Shown here piece by piece: positions 25,796 through 39,787 of a stretch of DNA of 64,000 bases. Numbering within the stretch: position 1 is the stretch's first letter; each line of letters starts with the position of its first letter. The stretch comes from Octopus sinensis. Taxonomy: Eukaryota. The stretch is taken from NCBI RefSeq assembly GCF_006345805.1, contig NW_021832383.1:124001-188000 (forward strand). Direction: 5' to 3'. A program made the translations under genes and the position numbers. The notes under the pieces are model-generated. The model searched no databases, was not told the origin of the DNA, and saw nothing but the letters and a program-made list of their open reading frames with translations.

Positions 25796-27242
25796 CTGGA
25801 TAAAAAAAAGAAAAACATGGGAAGTTAAACAAGACAAACAAACAAACTTGAAACTAGAGAGGATTAACCCTTTAGCCGTCACATTATTCAGTCAAAAGTA
25901 ATATCTATTCACATTGTTTTGAATTAATCATGGATTATCTCACAGCTTTGGAGATTTTGATGAGGTAACTTAATCTTTAGAATGATATTGTAGGGTTGGT
26001 TGTGAGAAGCCAGATCTGGTTGGTTTCAAATGAAATGGATAGAATATTTTGGTTGGTTTAAATGCTAACTAGATCCAGCCAGCTTAAACACACAATAGAT
26101 AGAATATTTGGGCTGGATAAGGCTGGTTTAAAAGTTTTATTCTTTATAACAAGCACTTAGGTTCTAACACAGAGGGGACAATACAAGGACAGACACAACA
26201 CCACAGTGGGGACAAAAACAAAACAGATGCCATGAAATGTATAAAATTAATGATAATGAAATGGCTGCCTTGAGTCCCACTCTGAAGCAGTTCCATTTTA
26301 AATGTCTTTACATACAGTTTTTAATCGTTTTCTTTTCCCACCTTTTCTTTCTATTAGCATCATATTTATATTCTATTGTTTTAACAATTACTTACTTTTT
26401 TTTTTTTGAAGTCATTAAAGGTTTAACTGTTAAAGAGTTAAGTCATACTTGACTGAACTACTCCAGAAGTCAGATCTTATGTCGTACTGTCAGCATAGAG
26501 ACGAAGTAAGATTCAGACGTGTGAAGATCTGATGTGCTGTACTGCAATCTGATGCTAACAGGGAAGAATCTAGGCCAAAACAATTATGTCGCCTTACTGG
26601 TACTTATGCCTGTGCTAGTAGGGTGCCAAGAGCACCATCCGAGCGTGATCGTTGCCAGAGCAGTCAACTGGCTTCCGTACCCGTGGCACGTAAAAGGGCA
26701 CCATTCGAGCGTGATCGTTACCAACGTCGCTTCACTGGCACGTGTAAAAAGATTCGAGTGAGGTTGTTGCCAGTACTACCTGACTGGCCCCCGTGCCAGT
26801 GGCACGTAAAAAGCACCCACTACACTCTCGGAGTGGTTGGTGTTAGGAAGGGCATCCAGCTGTAGAAACTCTGCCAGATCAAGATTGGAGCCTGGTGCAG
26901 CCATCTGGTTCGCCAGTCCTCAGTCAAAATCGTCCAACCCATGCTAGCATGGAAAGCGGACGTTAAACGATGATGATGATGATGATGATGAAATAACTAT
27001 TTTCAAAACTGTAATATGATACCTAAATTTTAAGAATTCTTAGCTCTTAAAAACTTCATGATGTTCATCAAATGAAGCAAATCTTTCATCAGACACCATT
27101 CCCAAATGATCTGGAACCAACTGCTGACAGTTGATAACCTATGAACAAGGAATCAAGTAGCATATCCACCAAACCGTTTTAATTCTATTCTCTGCCAAAC
27201 TGAATAGATGGAAGATTCTAAATATTGGTCCATGAGACTTAC

Positions 27243-27423
27243 CTGCATAACATCCAAAGCACTCAATTCAACCCATCTTCCTTTTTCCGGGCTGTACACC
27301 TGTGTTCCTTTGATGATTACGGTATGTGCAGGTAAATTAACACCCCAAGCAAGGGTTGAGGTGGACACCAACACCTGGATGTGACGATCTGCAAAGAGAT
27401 CTTCCACAAGAGCTCGATCTACT
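27243..27423 (-). CDS. SNRNP200: SNRNP200 exon 19 (motif V)
   Basis: [40 protein letters not shown]...DVMQ. Confidence 0.96.
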
Positions 27424-27712
27424 CTGAAAGAGAAAAGAGAATAAACGGGTTTTTAAAGGTAATTATAATAATGAAGTAAGAAACGACACAGAAGCAAATA
27501 CAGAAACTGAATAGCAGAGGTGTTGGGGTTACAAAGAGAACAAATTATTTTCTTATCTGTTTCTTACAATACATCTCAACGCTTCTAAAAGCAAACTTTG
27601 TATGTTTACAGTTATCGTAATTTGAATTGATATATATATATATATATATGTGTATATATATATATATAGATCAATAAATGGTGGGGTTGTGTTGACCGCA
27701 CGTGGAGAAATG

Positions 27713-28498
27713 ATAAGTAAGGAAAAATTTTTTTTAAAATGCAGAATGCTCAAATGAAAGAAAATTTTAATAAAATGAGAAAATGATAAAATATATAAAT
27801 ATATATTTATTCAACCGGTTTTCGTCATTGTATGACTTGTCAAGAATATTTATGTTTTAAGAAGTTATTTTAAAAATTAGAAAGAGGAAAAAAAGAAAAT
27901 TGCATTGTTTTTTGTAAAAGAATAATGATAAAAATGTACAAAAATTAAAAAATAAGTTCTCCGATACATTGTGAGTTCGTTGTGTATCTTGAGTTTTATG
28001 GTTGTTTACCAAAAAATTACCTTGAGGTGTTAAGATCCAAAGGGATTAAGAGCATGTGATGTGTTGTGTTGTTAAATTCAGCATGTTGTTAAATTCAGCA
28101 TGTTAAATTCAGCATGTTAAATTCAGAACATGCTGAATTTAACAACACAACACATCACATGCTCTTAATCCCTTTGGATCTTAACACCTCAAGGTAATTT
28201 TTTGGTAAACAACCATAAAACTCAAGATACACAACGAACTCACAATGTATCGGAGAACTTATTTTTTAATTTTTGTACATTTTTATCATTATTCTTTTAC
28301 AAAAAACAATGCAATTTTCTTTTTTTCCCCTTTCTAATTTTTAAAATAACTTCTTAAAACATAAATATTCTTGACAAGTCATACAATGACGAAAACCGGT
28401 TGAATAAATATATATTTATATATTTTATCATTTTCTCATTTTATTAAAATTTTCTTTCATTTGAGCATTCTGCATTTTTAAAAAAATTTTTCCTTACT

Positions 28499-28501
<3 letters not shown>
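27713..28501. repeat. Near-perfect 789-bp palindrome (375-bp arms) inside (TA)n
   Basis: 27713-28087 is the reverse complement of 28127-28501; the 39-nt loop consists of GTTAAATTCAGCAT re-copies. Confidence 0.95.
28366..28406 (+). ncRNA. Hammerhead-like motif with U3-A8 core (mirror on minus strand at 27808-27848)
   Basis: UAUUC-UUGACAA-GUCA(UACAA)UGAC-GAAA-ACCGGU-U-GAAUA. Confidence 0.6.
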
Positions 28502-28529
<28 letters not shown>

Positions 28530-28803
28530 GGAAGAAAGTGACCAAGAAATAAAACAATTTACCAGGTTGACAGTGAATGTGGAGAAGACGGAGAGAGAAA
28601 AATGATGATAAAAGCAGACAAGCATTAGTAATGTGTGTAAGATGAAAGTGGGAGAGTTGTAGGAAGAGACAAAAACAGTTTGCTGAGTTACAGTTGAAAA
28701 TAACTGCACATAGATGAAGACAGACACACAGACAGAGAGAGACAATGGACAGAAGGACAGGCAGAGAAAGAAAGAGAGAGAGAAGAATAGAAAAAGAATT
28801 TAC

Positions 28804-28865
28804 TTAGTCATTCCGGCGTGGTGAATGGCAAAACCGTATGGAAGCAGATCCCTTAACTCGAGATT
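28804..28865 (-). CDS. SNRNP200: SNRNP200 exon 18
   Basis: NLELRDLLPYGFAIHHAGMT. Confidence 0.96.
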
Positions 28866-29855
28866 CTAAGAAAACAAAAAAGAAAAGTTTTGAAGTGAAA
28901 TCACAGGCAACATATAATAAACGTGGAAAAGAACAAATCTGATCTCAATATATTTGGCAATAATATCGACATCAACAATAATCATCATCATTGCTTTAAA
29001 CGTCCACTTTTCCATGCTTACAGAGGGTGGACGGAGTTTATTGAGATGGATTTATTTCTCTATGGCTCGATGCCCTTGGGTTGCCAACCCTCAACTGTTT
29101 TCAAGCAAGGTAATATTTCTCTATGGCCAGACACCTTTTTGCAGAATATTGGAAGTAAATGACACAGCTTGTATGATGGCGACATCTCATTTACAACTAT
29201 CATGGAAGGCGGACGTTAAACGATGATGATGATGCTATGCCAAGACAAGGACAGACAGACAGACACACACACATGATGGGCTTCTTTCAGTCTTTGTCTA
29301 CCAAATCTTCTCACAAAGCTTTGGTCAGCCTAGGGTTATAGTAAAAGACACATATACACATATAGCAGGCTTCTACAGTTTCTGTCTACCAAATCAACTT
29401 GCAAAGCACAAAAAAAAATTTTTTTAAATGGTTGGCTCGGATCTACAGTAGAAGAAACTTGCCCAGGATACTGGTTGTACAGAGGGATTGAACCCATAAG
29501 CACATGGTTGCAAAGCAAACTTCTTCACAACACAGCCATGCCAGCACCTATATATTATGTATATTATGTAAAGGCGGCGAGCTGGCAGAAACGCTAGCGC
29601 GCCAGGCGAAATGCTTAGCGGTATTTCGTCTGTTGTTACGTTCTGAGTTCAAATTCCGCCGAGGTCGACTTTGCCCTTCATCCTTTCGGGGTCGATAAAT
29701 AAAGTACCAGTTTTGCACTGGGGTCGATGTAATCGACTTAATCCATTTGTCCCCTCTATGTTTAGCTTCTTGTGGGCAATAAAGAAATATATATATATTA
29801 TGTATTTTATCACAACAGGATGTAGTAAAAAAAAAATTTTTAAAAACTCCTTTCA

Positions 29856-30044
<189 letters not shown>

Positions 30045-30653
30045 TCAGGATTTTACTTAGGAAGGATTTCATACACGAAAATTGAATTGAAGGTTTGTAA
30101 ATATATCTGAAAATTTGCACAAATGGGAATGCCACCGGAAATCAGTTAATAAGCATCAGTGACAGCATCTGGTATACACAACCGAGACAGTATTAGATTA
30201 AAATAGCCACCTATGTATCATAATTAATGTATATACATCATCTGATAGGCCAGTTACTATGGTATTTGTTCTGAGATAACGTCTCTCATGGAGTTGCTAT
30301 GTTAAAAACGCAATAAATAATATTAGATGGAAACGAAAATCTGAGCCAACAACATCAGATGTGTACTGGCCTTTCTGAGCTATTTCATTGGTGCGTACTC
30401 TCAACCAGGTAAAATGTACCAGGTGTTTTCACTGGGACAAATTTTCACCTCCCTCCAATATTGTTTTCAACACAGCAAGTCCATAACAGTTGTCATCTCG
30501 GGACAAACACTGCAATAACTGGCCTACCGACTGTGTACATACATTAAGTACAATACATCATTGTTATTTAGTATCCCTTTTTTTCCCCGCCACTGTTAGC
30601 ATGGGTTTGACACATAGATGGCTATTAATGAAAGAGTTATTACTTGTAGGTAC

Positions 30654-30912
30654 CTGGTTTTTACCGGCATGCTCCATCACTTTTTCGTACACAATTTCAT
30701 TCATAATTTGAAATCGTTTCACAGCTTTCTTCTCGGTGATTCCAATAAACTGCTGTTCCAGTGGCACCGGCCGGTAGCTGTTGTCGAAGAAGAAGAGGCC
30801 CTGTGAGGCATCAACTCTAAGGAATGTTGCTATGTCTTCATAATTGGGGAGTGTGGCACTGAGACCCACTAAACGGACTTCCTCCCGAGTTGTTTCTATG
30901 TTCCGGATTGTT
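30654..30912 (-). CDS. SNRNP200: SNRNP200 exon 16 (motif III SAT)
   Basis: [25 protein letters not shown]...HAGKNQ. Confidence 0.96.
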
Positions 30913-31733
30913 CTATGGTGAAAGAAAGAAAAAAGAAATAAAATAAAATAAAAAAAGATGAACAATTTCCTCTCTTTTTATCTTTTACTTGTTTCAGTCA
31001 GAGTGTGGCCATGCTGGGGCACTACCTTGAAGAATCTTTAGTTGAAGGAATTGACCCCAGAACTTATTTTTTTTAAAACAAGATACTTATATTATCTATC
31101 TCTCGTTTACCAAACTACTGTTATAGGGATGTAAACACACCAACACTGGTTGTCAAGCAGTGGTGGGGGGACAGACACAAAGTCACATACACACATGCAA
31201 TGACAGGCTTCTTTCTGTCTACCAAATCCACTCTCAGAGCTTTGGTTAGCCTGGGGTTACAGTGGAAGATACTTTCCAAAGGTGTCACGCAGTGGGATTT
31301 GAACCCCAAACCATCTGGTTGGGAAGAAAAACCTCCTATAAAGTAATCTCATGGCCTAAGTGATCACCAGACTATTTAACCCTTTAGCATTCAGATTACT
31401 TTATCAAACGTAAGGCTTTTTTTATTCACATTGCATTGAATTATACATTATCCTGTAGCTTTCAGATTTTGATGACATGATTGTCTATGTTTTAGAATAA
31501 CATTGTTGGGTAGGTGTGAGAGGCTGGATCTGGCCAGTTTGAACCTAAAGCATATAGAATATTTGGGCTGGATATGGCTGGTGTAAGTGCTAAAGGGTTA
31601 AGGAGACAAAATCTACCAGAGGAGACATAAGAAATAACAGTTCAATTTATTGATGGGCAATCACGAGGAAAAGATAACAAGACAAAAAAAAAAAGAAACA
31701 GTTGGCATGAAGGTAAGAAAAGGAAACGCTTAC

Positions 31734-31792
31734 CTGGATACAAGAGATTCTAAGACAGGGCCTCGGTCATCATGCAGCAAGTGGATCTCATC
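31734..31792 (-). CDS. SNRNP200: SNRNP200 exon 15 (DEIH box)
   Basis: DEIHLLHDDRGPVLESLVS. Confidence 0.96.
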
Positions 31793-32726
31793 CTAAAGAA
31801 AGAAAACGAAAGAATATGTACAGAAGGAATGGTGATTATAGTGATTGCTGTTTATATTTTAAGGCTACCCCTGCCCCATCCCAACTTTGGTGGAACCGCA
31901 GCAAAGTTAGAAAAACCAAGTGTCTTGTATTACAGGCATCTTCTGTAATGGAAAATGTTGCAGTCCAGAAAATTTTGAAGTAACACAAGAGTCTGTTATG
32001 TGAGATCACTATCTGTGATGGTGGTCATGGTAAGGGTGTCTATATTTCTTTAAATTCCTTTATGATCTGATTTCAAATCACAGTGGAACCAACTTTACTG
32101 TTCATCCGGTTTTGACTGATAAAGTAAATACCTGTAATAAACTGGGGGTAAATCCAATTGACTGGGTAGCCCCCCATCCACCACACACCTAGAAATCTGT
32201 GGCCTTATGTCAATATGATCAATCATTAAGGAGCAGACCCAGGTCAGTTTAGATGGAATTGACCAATACAATAAGTGTCGGTGGCACGTAAAAAGCACCA
32301 TCCGAATCATGGCCGAAGCCAGTGCCGCCTCGACTGGCTTCCGTGCAGGTGGCACGTAAAATGCACCAATTCGACCGTGGCCGATGCCAGCCTCGCCTGG
32401 CACCAGTGCAGGTGGCACGTAAAAAGCACCCACTACACTCTCGGAGTGGTTGGCGTTAGGAAGGGCATCCAGCTGTAGAAACTTTGCCAGATAAGACCGG
32501 AGCCTGGTGCAGCCTTCTGGCTTCCCAGATCGCCGGTCGAACCGTCCAACCCATGCTAGCATGGAGAACGGACGTTAAACGATGATGATGATGATGAAGA
32601 GATTTGGGACTGCATTCTAGTTGAGGTCCTCTAGTCTTCGACCGTTTTTATTCCATATTCTTCAGCTTTCCGTTTCTTTTAAAAACATTCGACAAACACT
32701 GCAAACATGAGTAAAAGGAAACTTAC

Positions 32727-32897
32727 AAAAATCATGAGTCGCACAGCTTGAGTGTAGGTTCTCTCGCCACCTTTACGAGTGATGATGTCCCATTTCTCTG
32801 GAGTGCAGACAATTACTTGAGTTGCGGTGATCTGTTCCTTTGTCAACTGGTGATCTCCTGTCAGTTCAGCAACTTTCAAACCATATGATTTCAATCT
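32727..32897 (-). CDS. SNRNP200: SNRNP200 exon 14
   Basis: [15 protein letters not shown]...[12 protein letters not shown]...LMIF. Confidence 0.96.
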
Positions 32898-33025
32898 CTG
32901 GAAGAATGTGAGAACATAAAATGCGTAAATAAAATTACAGACATCCCTCGTATTATGGCAAGTCTACATAATTTGGCATCGATGGAAATTGGAAACTATG
33001 ACCACTAATTTCTGGATGGGGGTCT

Positions 33026-33958
33026 TTAACCCTTTCATTACTGTATTTTGAGATGCTCTGTGTGTCGTTTAATTACTTTAAAGATAACAAAGAATTTAGT
33101 AAAATAACTTAGTTATGATTCAGCTAATGTTAGGAACATAAATTGTGACTAAGGTTTTTGTGGAAGGTTTTAATTCAAAACTTATAAAAACAAGACATTT
33201 GTACTCAGAGCCAGAGGTGGTTTTGGCTGGGTTGGTATCAAAAGAATTAAGACTTGTTTCTCTATTATATATTTTAACCCTTTTGTTACCATATTGCTGT
33301 TGAGATGCTCTGTGTTTCTTTCAATTAATTTTAAATATATCAAAGAATTTAGTAAAATAACTTGGTTATCATTAAGCTAGTGTTAGGAACATAAAAATTG
33401 TGACTAAGGTTTGGTGGAAGACTTTAATTCAAAACTTATGTAAACAAGACATTTGTACTCAGAGCCAGAGGTGGTTTTGGCTGGGTTGGTATCAAAAGAA
33501 TTAAGACTTGTTTCTCTATTATATATTTTAACCCTTTTGTTACCATATTGCTGTTGAGATGCTCTGTGTTTCTTTCAATTAATTTTAAATATATCAAAGA
33601 ATTTAGTAAAATAACTTAGTTATCATTAAGCTAGTGTTAGGAACATAAAAATTGTGACTAAGGTTTGGTGGAAGACTTTAATTCAAAACTTATGTAAACA
33701 AGACATTTGTACTACAGATCCAGAACGAATTTCAGCCAGGTTGGTATCAAAAGGGTTAAGAATTGTTTCTCTATTAATTATTTTAACCCTTTTGTTACCA
33801 TATTGCTGTTGAGATGCTCTGTGTTTCTTTCAATTAATTTTAAATATAACAAAGAATCTAGTAAAATGACTTCGTTATAATTAAGCTAGTGTTGGGAACA
33901 TAAATTGTGACTAAGATTTGGTGGAATATTTTAATTCAAAACTTATGAAAACAAGACT
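33026..33958. mobile_element. Tandem array of piggyBac-like MITE family 2 (about 228-bp units)
   Basis: TTAACCCTTT...AAAGGGTTAA units; also at about 25180-25654, 34131-34359, 45743-46225, 50532-51006, 54275-54503. Confidence 0.8.
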
Positions 33959-34408
33959 TGCTGTGTCGTAAATACCTGAACACTCCAGTTGGAAAACAAA
34001 AGAAAGTGAGTTAAAGAGTAAGATAAGGGGGGTGATAGTGAGAGAGATGATGGCAGGGATGTGTTGGGGGTATGCCCACAAGGAAAACAGATGGCAAGAA
34101 AAGAATTGAGGGTAAAATATATAAATCTATATTAACCCTTTCGTTACTGTATTTATTTTGAGATGCTCTGTGTTTCTTTCAATTACTTTAAATATAACAA
34201 AGAATTTAGTAAAATAACTTCATTATCATTAAGCTAGTGTTAGGAACATCAATTGTGACTAAGGTTTGGTGGAAGATTTCAATTCAAAACTTATGAAAAC
34301 AAGACACATGTACTACAGAACCAGAGCCGGTTTCAATCAGGTTGATAATGAAAGGGTTAAAGTATAAAAATAATTGAAGCAAAAAAATATATTGAAAACG
34401 AACATTAC

Positions 34409-34564
34409 CTCGGTAAAATTTCCAACCATTTCTTGTACAAGAGATTTCATGGGTGCAATATAAACAACTTTAAACTCATCCGTATTAATGGTACCATTAT
34501 TGTTTACATGTTTACCGATTTCTCGTAGCATGCAGAGTAATGCTACATTGGTTTTACCGGCACC
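34409..34564 (-). CDS. SNRNP200: SNRNP200 exon 13 (Walker A, motif Ia)
   Basis: [19 protein letters not shown]...[18 protein letters not shown]. Confidence 0.96.
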
Positions 34565-35729
34565 CTAGGAATAAAAAAAAAAAAAATGTTATAAAGAGAT
34601 CATAGATAAATTCTTCAATTGAATTTTATATATATATAAAAAAACAAAAAACATGACTAGAAATATTGGGTGAAATATTTTTTCTGACCCCCAACAATCC
34701 TTAAATCAAATATGTCACTGTTTTGGTTCCCACTTCAGGGATTGGCTGATAAAGAACCAAGTTATGAACTAGTGTCTTTACAAATTGAAAGTCTTATGGT
34801 AATGGAAAAAACTGTTGAAAGAAATGTGTCCTATAACAGACCTGCTTGGCTGAGATCATACTTCCATAAGTGGTACTTATACAAGGGCTTGAACTCCCCA
34901 TAACCAAAAGAACACTTGCCAATAATACAGTATTCTTGCCACTTGGAACATAGACTGTTTAACCCCTTTATTACCATATTCTTCTTGAAATATACTGTTT
35001 ACCTAAGAGTTAATTATGAAAATAATGACAAATATAGTCAAAAAACTTGGTCATTATTAACCTGTTATTTAGAACATTAAATTAGCAAGAAATTTTAATT
35101 GGAAATTCTGTGCCAGTGGCACGTAAAAACCACCATCCGATCGTGGCTGTTGCCAGCCTCGCCTGGCCCCCGTGCAGGTGGCACGTAAAAAGCACCATCC
35201 GTCCGTGGCCGTTTGCCAGCTCCGTCTGGCACCTGTGCGGGTGGCACATAAAAAGCACCCACTACACTCACGGAGTGGTTGGCGTTAGGAAGGGCATCCA
35301 GCCGTAGAAACACTGCCAGATCAGACTGGGCCTGATGCAGCCTTCTGGCTTCACAGACCCCAGTTGAACCGTCCAACCGATGCTAGCATGGAAAGCGGGC
35401 GCTAAATGATGATGATGAAATTTATATTTAGATCACCTTAACTCGTTAGCATTTAAACCGGCCCTTTCCGGTCAAAATAGTAAACCTGTTTTATGTTCAA
35501 ATTGACCAGATCTGGCCCCCTCACACCAACCCTACAATATCATTCTAAAAATGAACGGTTACCTCTTCAAAATCTCAAAGCTACAAGATAATGCATGATT
35601 AATTCCATACAGGGTTAAAACAAGACGTGTGTACCACAGACTCAAAGACAATCTTAGGCAGGTTGGTATCAAAAGGGTTAATGGACATACAATATGTTTA
35701 GATAAAGGGTCTTGCGTGATGGTACTTAC

Positions 35730-35867
35730 TGTTGGGGCACACAGCAAAATGTTTTCAGATGTTTCCAAAGCAGTCTTGCAAAGTCTGCTTTGTATTCGGT
35801 TCAGACTCTTGAAACCTTCAAAAGCTGGTTGAGCATATTTTGGTAAGCGTTCAATTGGAATCAGGGT
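35730..35867 (-). CDS. SNRNP200: SNRNP200 exon 12 (Q motif)
   Basis: [27 protein letters not shown]...LLCAPT; AAG acceptor. Confidence 0.94.
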
Positions 35868-37694
35868 CTTTGAGGAAAATGAAAAGAAAAACATAAATGC
35901 ATAAAAAAACTGTTAGCACTTCAAAATAGAAAATAAGAAAATAAATACAAGTATTCATTAAACTTTGAAAGGGTTATTAAATTAATGCATGTGCCGGTGG
36001 CATGTAAAAAGCACCCACTACACTAATGGAGTGGTTGGCGTTGGGAAGGGCATCCAGCTGTAGAAACATTGCCAGATCAGACTGGGCCTGGTGCATCCTT
36101 CTGGCTTCCCAGACCACAGTTGCACCGTCCAGCACGGAAAGCGGACGCTAAACGATGATAATTTAGAGAAAATCACAAGGGTATGCACCTTTGATCACCT
36201 GATTGTGATCAAAAACGCATCATGTGATCAACCAGACTATTGTATGTTGTTACACATCACTGGTCACAGTGCGCTTTGTGTTGTTTTAGCTTTTGAATAA
36301 TGACACCTCACTGGTTAAGGCAAGCAGGGCAACATTTCCCCTGATCGGAAGGCTGATCCGTTGCAGGGTGACCTGTTTACTGATAAGTGGACTGGGGCAA
36401 CATGAAATGAAATGTCTTGCTCAAGAACACAAGGCACAGCTAGTTTGGGAATTGAAACCACAATCTCATGATGATGATGATGAAGCAAGGTAACAACAAT
36501 GTAACAATCCAACAAACTACCAAAACGACACCTCACGACCTCCTGTGATTAATGCCTACTCTGTCTGTCACTAAGACCACTACTATTCATAGTCATTCGG
36601 TCAAGTCTATTCTCGCAGGGGGTGTTGTGACTCTTGGCTACAACACAGTGTAGTTGTGGTGCTGATCATTCTGTATATCAACCATACAGATTACACATAC
36701 ACACACATACATTGATATAAAAACCTTACTCATGATCATGAGAGCAACACACTTAACCACTAGGCCAGGCACCTTCACAAGTGTCTTTGAAGGGTAAATA
36801 AAAATTTTTGACACCTCTGAGCATATTCCTTCATTCACCTTCTGTACTCCAAGGACTTCTTTCAGTTTGCACTCAGCCAGTGAATAGGGTTAGCACTAAA
36901 GAAGCCGATGTTACCATATTCTTTCACTTGCACTGGAATAGGTCTTCAATAGCTAAATGAGAATTTGGACATGTCGTGTGCCTCTATCATTCATACATCT
37001 GTGTTTCAACGGACATCTTCCAAACTGTAGGTAGTGCATCGACAAGGCTATCACCAAAAAAGAAAAAGCTGCTGGTACAGTATTCTCTGTCTCCAAGACA
37101 ATTAACACTCAATGGTAGAATGGTCCGCTTCTTGAGGAAGCGCCAACACTGATGAGTACTGTACAGAGAAGCGATTAACAAATGCCAGAGAAAATGGTAT
37201 TTTTTACAAGTTTACTGTCATGGTACTTAAATGATATGGTACTTACTTTGGCCATAGAGTACCTGTTAGGCTTTATTTTTTTTCTTGTTTAAATCATTGG
37301 ATTGTGGCCATGCTGGGGCATCACCTTGAAAGTTTTGGTTGGTGCTTATTTTAAAGACTGCTACATATCTTACTGGTATCTTTTTGCAAAACTACTATGT
37401 TACACGGGATACAGACAATCACTTACACAGACATACATACACACACACAGACGGTCAGGCTTCCACAAAGTTTCCATTGAGTACGTCTACTCACAAGATA
37501 TTTGTTAGTCTGAAGCTATAACAGAAGACACTTGCAGAAGGTTCCACATAGAGGGACTGATCCTAAAACCACACAGCTTCAAAGCACACTTCATAACCAC
37601 CCGGTCACATCAAGTTGATTACAGTAATTATTATAACGAACAGAAGAAAAAAAGAAACAGACACAACAAATAAAAAAGTTGTCTCATCACGTAC

Positions 37695-37750
37695 CTCATT
37701 CTGGTCAAATGATTTGGGTTTCAAGGCAGGAACATGGACTTCTTCATATC
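37695..37750 (-). CDS. SNRNP200: SNRNP200 exon 11
   Basis: GYEEVHVPALKPKSFDQNE. Confidence 0.94.
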
Positions 37751-38035
37751 CTGATGAGATAAAAAAAAAGGGGCTTGTTAGCTTTGCAGAAAGGGTTCCA
37801 AAACACTGTGTTACACAATTTTTGTCTTTGGGTACTCTTTTACTCTTTTATTTGTTTCAGTCATTTGACTGCGGCCATGCTGGAGCACCGCCTTTAGTCG
37901 AGCAAATCGACCCCTCGACTTATTCTTTGTAAGCCCAGTACTTATTCTATCGGTCTCTTTTGCCGAACCGCTAAGTGACGGGGACGTAAACACACCAGCA
38001 TCGGTTGTCAAGCAATGCTAGGGAGACAGACACAG

Positions 38036-38085
<50 letters not shown>

Positions 38086-38844
38086 GACAGGCTTCTTTCA
38101 GTTTCCATCTACCAAATCCACTCACAAGGCATTGGCCGGCCCGGGGCTATAGCAGAAGACACTTGCCCAAGATGCCACGCAGTGGGACTGAACCCGGAAC
38201 CATGTGGTTGGTAGACAAGCTACTTACCACACAGACACTCCTAGCAACTGTTATTTCCTATTTGTTGACCCCCTTTTCCTTCAAATTTGGCTTTTGTTAC
38301 ATTTATTCAAACCCCCAAAAGAACCCCTCTCAACACATGGCTATGATGCTCCCCTACTACTCCCGTTCATAATCAAAGATGCACATATCATCATCATCAT
38401 CATCATCGTCGTTTAACGTCCGCTTTCCATGCTAGCATGGGTTGGACGGTTCAACTGGGGTCTGGGGAGCCCGAAGGCTGCACCAGGCCAGTCAGATCTG
38501 GCAGTGTTTCTACAGCTGGATGCCCTTCCTAACGCCAACCACTCCGAGAGTGTAGTGGGTGATTTTATGTGCCACCGACACAGGTGCCAGACGAGGCTGG
38601 CGAACGGCCACGCTCGGATGGTGTTTTTATGTGCCACCGACACATATGGTAATAGATATCAGGAAACTACTTAAGATTACCAATGAGTGCTTTGAGGACT
38701 CTCTGTTGCTTGAATGTCTGTATGAGGGTTCAATTCTGACAGGAGTGCAGAAAAGGAAAGAAAAACAGACAAGGTCACATAAAACTTGTGCATACCATGT
38801 GACTGGCAGCTTTTAATCATTTAAACAAATGTACAGCATTTGTT

Positions 38845-39550
38845 CAGCCTCGCCTGGCCTCCGTGCCGGTGGCACGTAAAAAGCACCATCCGATCGTGGC
38901 CGTTTGCCAGCCTCGTCTGACACCCGTGCCGGTGGCACGTAAAAAGCACCATCCGATCGTGGCCGTTTGCCAGCCTGGCCTGGCCTCCGTGCCGGTGGCA
39001 CATAAAAAGCACCATCCGATCGTGGCCGTTTGCCAGCCTGGCCTGGCCTCCGTGCCGGTGGCACGTAAAAAGCACCATCTGATCGTGGCCATTTGCCAGC
39101 CTCGTCTGACACCTGTGCCGGTGGCACGTAAAAAGCACCATCCGATCGTGGCCGTTTGCCAGCCTCGTATGACACCCGTGCCGGTGGCACGTAATAAGCA
39201 CCGTCCGATCGTGGCCGTTTGCCAGCCTCGTCTGACACCCGTGCCAGTGGCACGTAAAAAGCACCATCCGATCGTGGCCGTTTGCCAGCCTCGTCTGACA
39301 CCCGTGCCGGTGGCACGTAAAAAGCACCGTCCGATCGTGGCCGTTTGCCAGCCTCGTCTGCGCACCTGTGTCAGTGGCACATAAAAAGCACCCACTACAC
39401 TCATGGAGTGGTTGGCGTTAGGAAGGGCATCCATCTGTAGAAACACTGCCAGATCAGACTGGAGCCTGGTGTAGCCTCGTGGCTTCCCAGACCCCAGTTG
39501 CACCGTCCAGCTGATGCCAGCATGGAAAGCAGACGCTAAACGATGATGAT
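38845..39550 (+). mobile_element. RTE-related (GAT)n-tailed SINE with about 9 tandem 60-bp modules (family has more than 20 copies in the window)
   Basis: Core GGAGTGGTTGGCGTTAGGAAGGGCATCCA...GGACGTTAAAC(GAT)n. Other copies at about 231-447(-), 8150-8335(-), 9211-9720(-), 12981-13270(-), 15385-15868, 18150-18462, 22925-23128, 23247-23448(-), 26590-26990, 32277-32597, 35108-35418, 38387-38643(-), 40428-40833, 47470-47842, 48445-48688, 55020-55338. Confidence 0.85.
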
Positions 39551-39787
39551 TAGGAGTTCAATACAAGACAACTCTTAGGTTTCCAGCATTTGTGTTTGTA
39601 TTTTAACATACAAGACTAACAGTATGGTGGGGGCGGGGGAGTTATGGCCCTCCGTTTAAAAGAAAACCTTTCCTGGACATTGTACAAAGAACATTTATGA
39701 TCTGTTATAAGCCAAAATGTATTAAAAAAAAACAAAAACTGTCAAGGGACAAAAAGGTATGAAGGCAATAGAAATAGCAGAAATTAC

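Noticed and set aside
26470-26532. Possible intronic box C/D snoRNA or pre-miRNA hairpin (TCAGATCTT...AAGATCTGA)
   Set aside because: Only a 9-bp terminal stem, and no box C on the host strand.
38813-39503. Overlapping 167-219 aa ORFs with 20-aa repeats
   Set aside because: They are by-products of the 60-nt SINE module array, open in several frames on both strands, with no gene structure.
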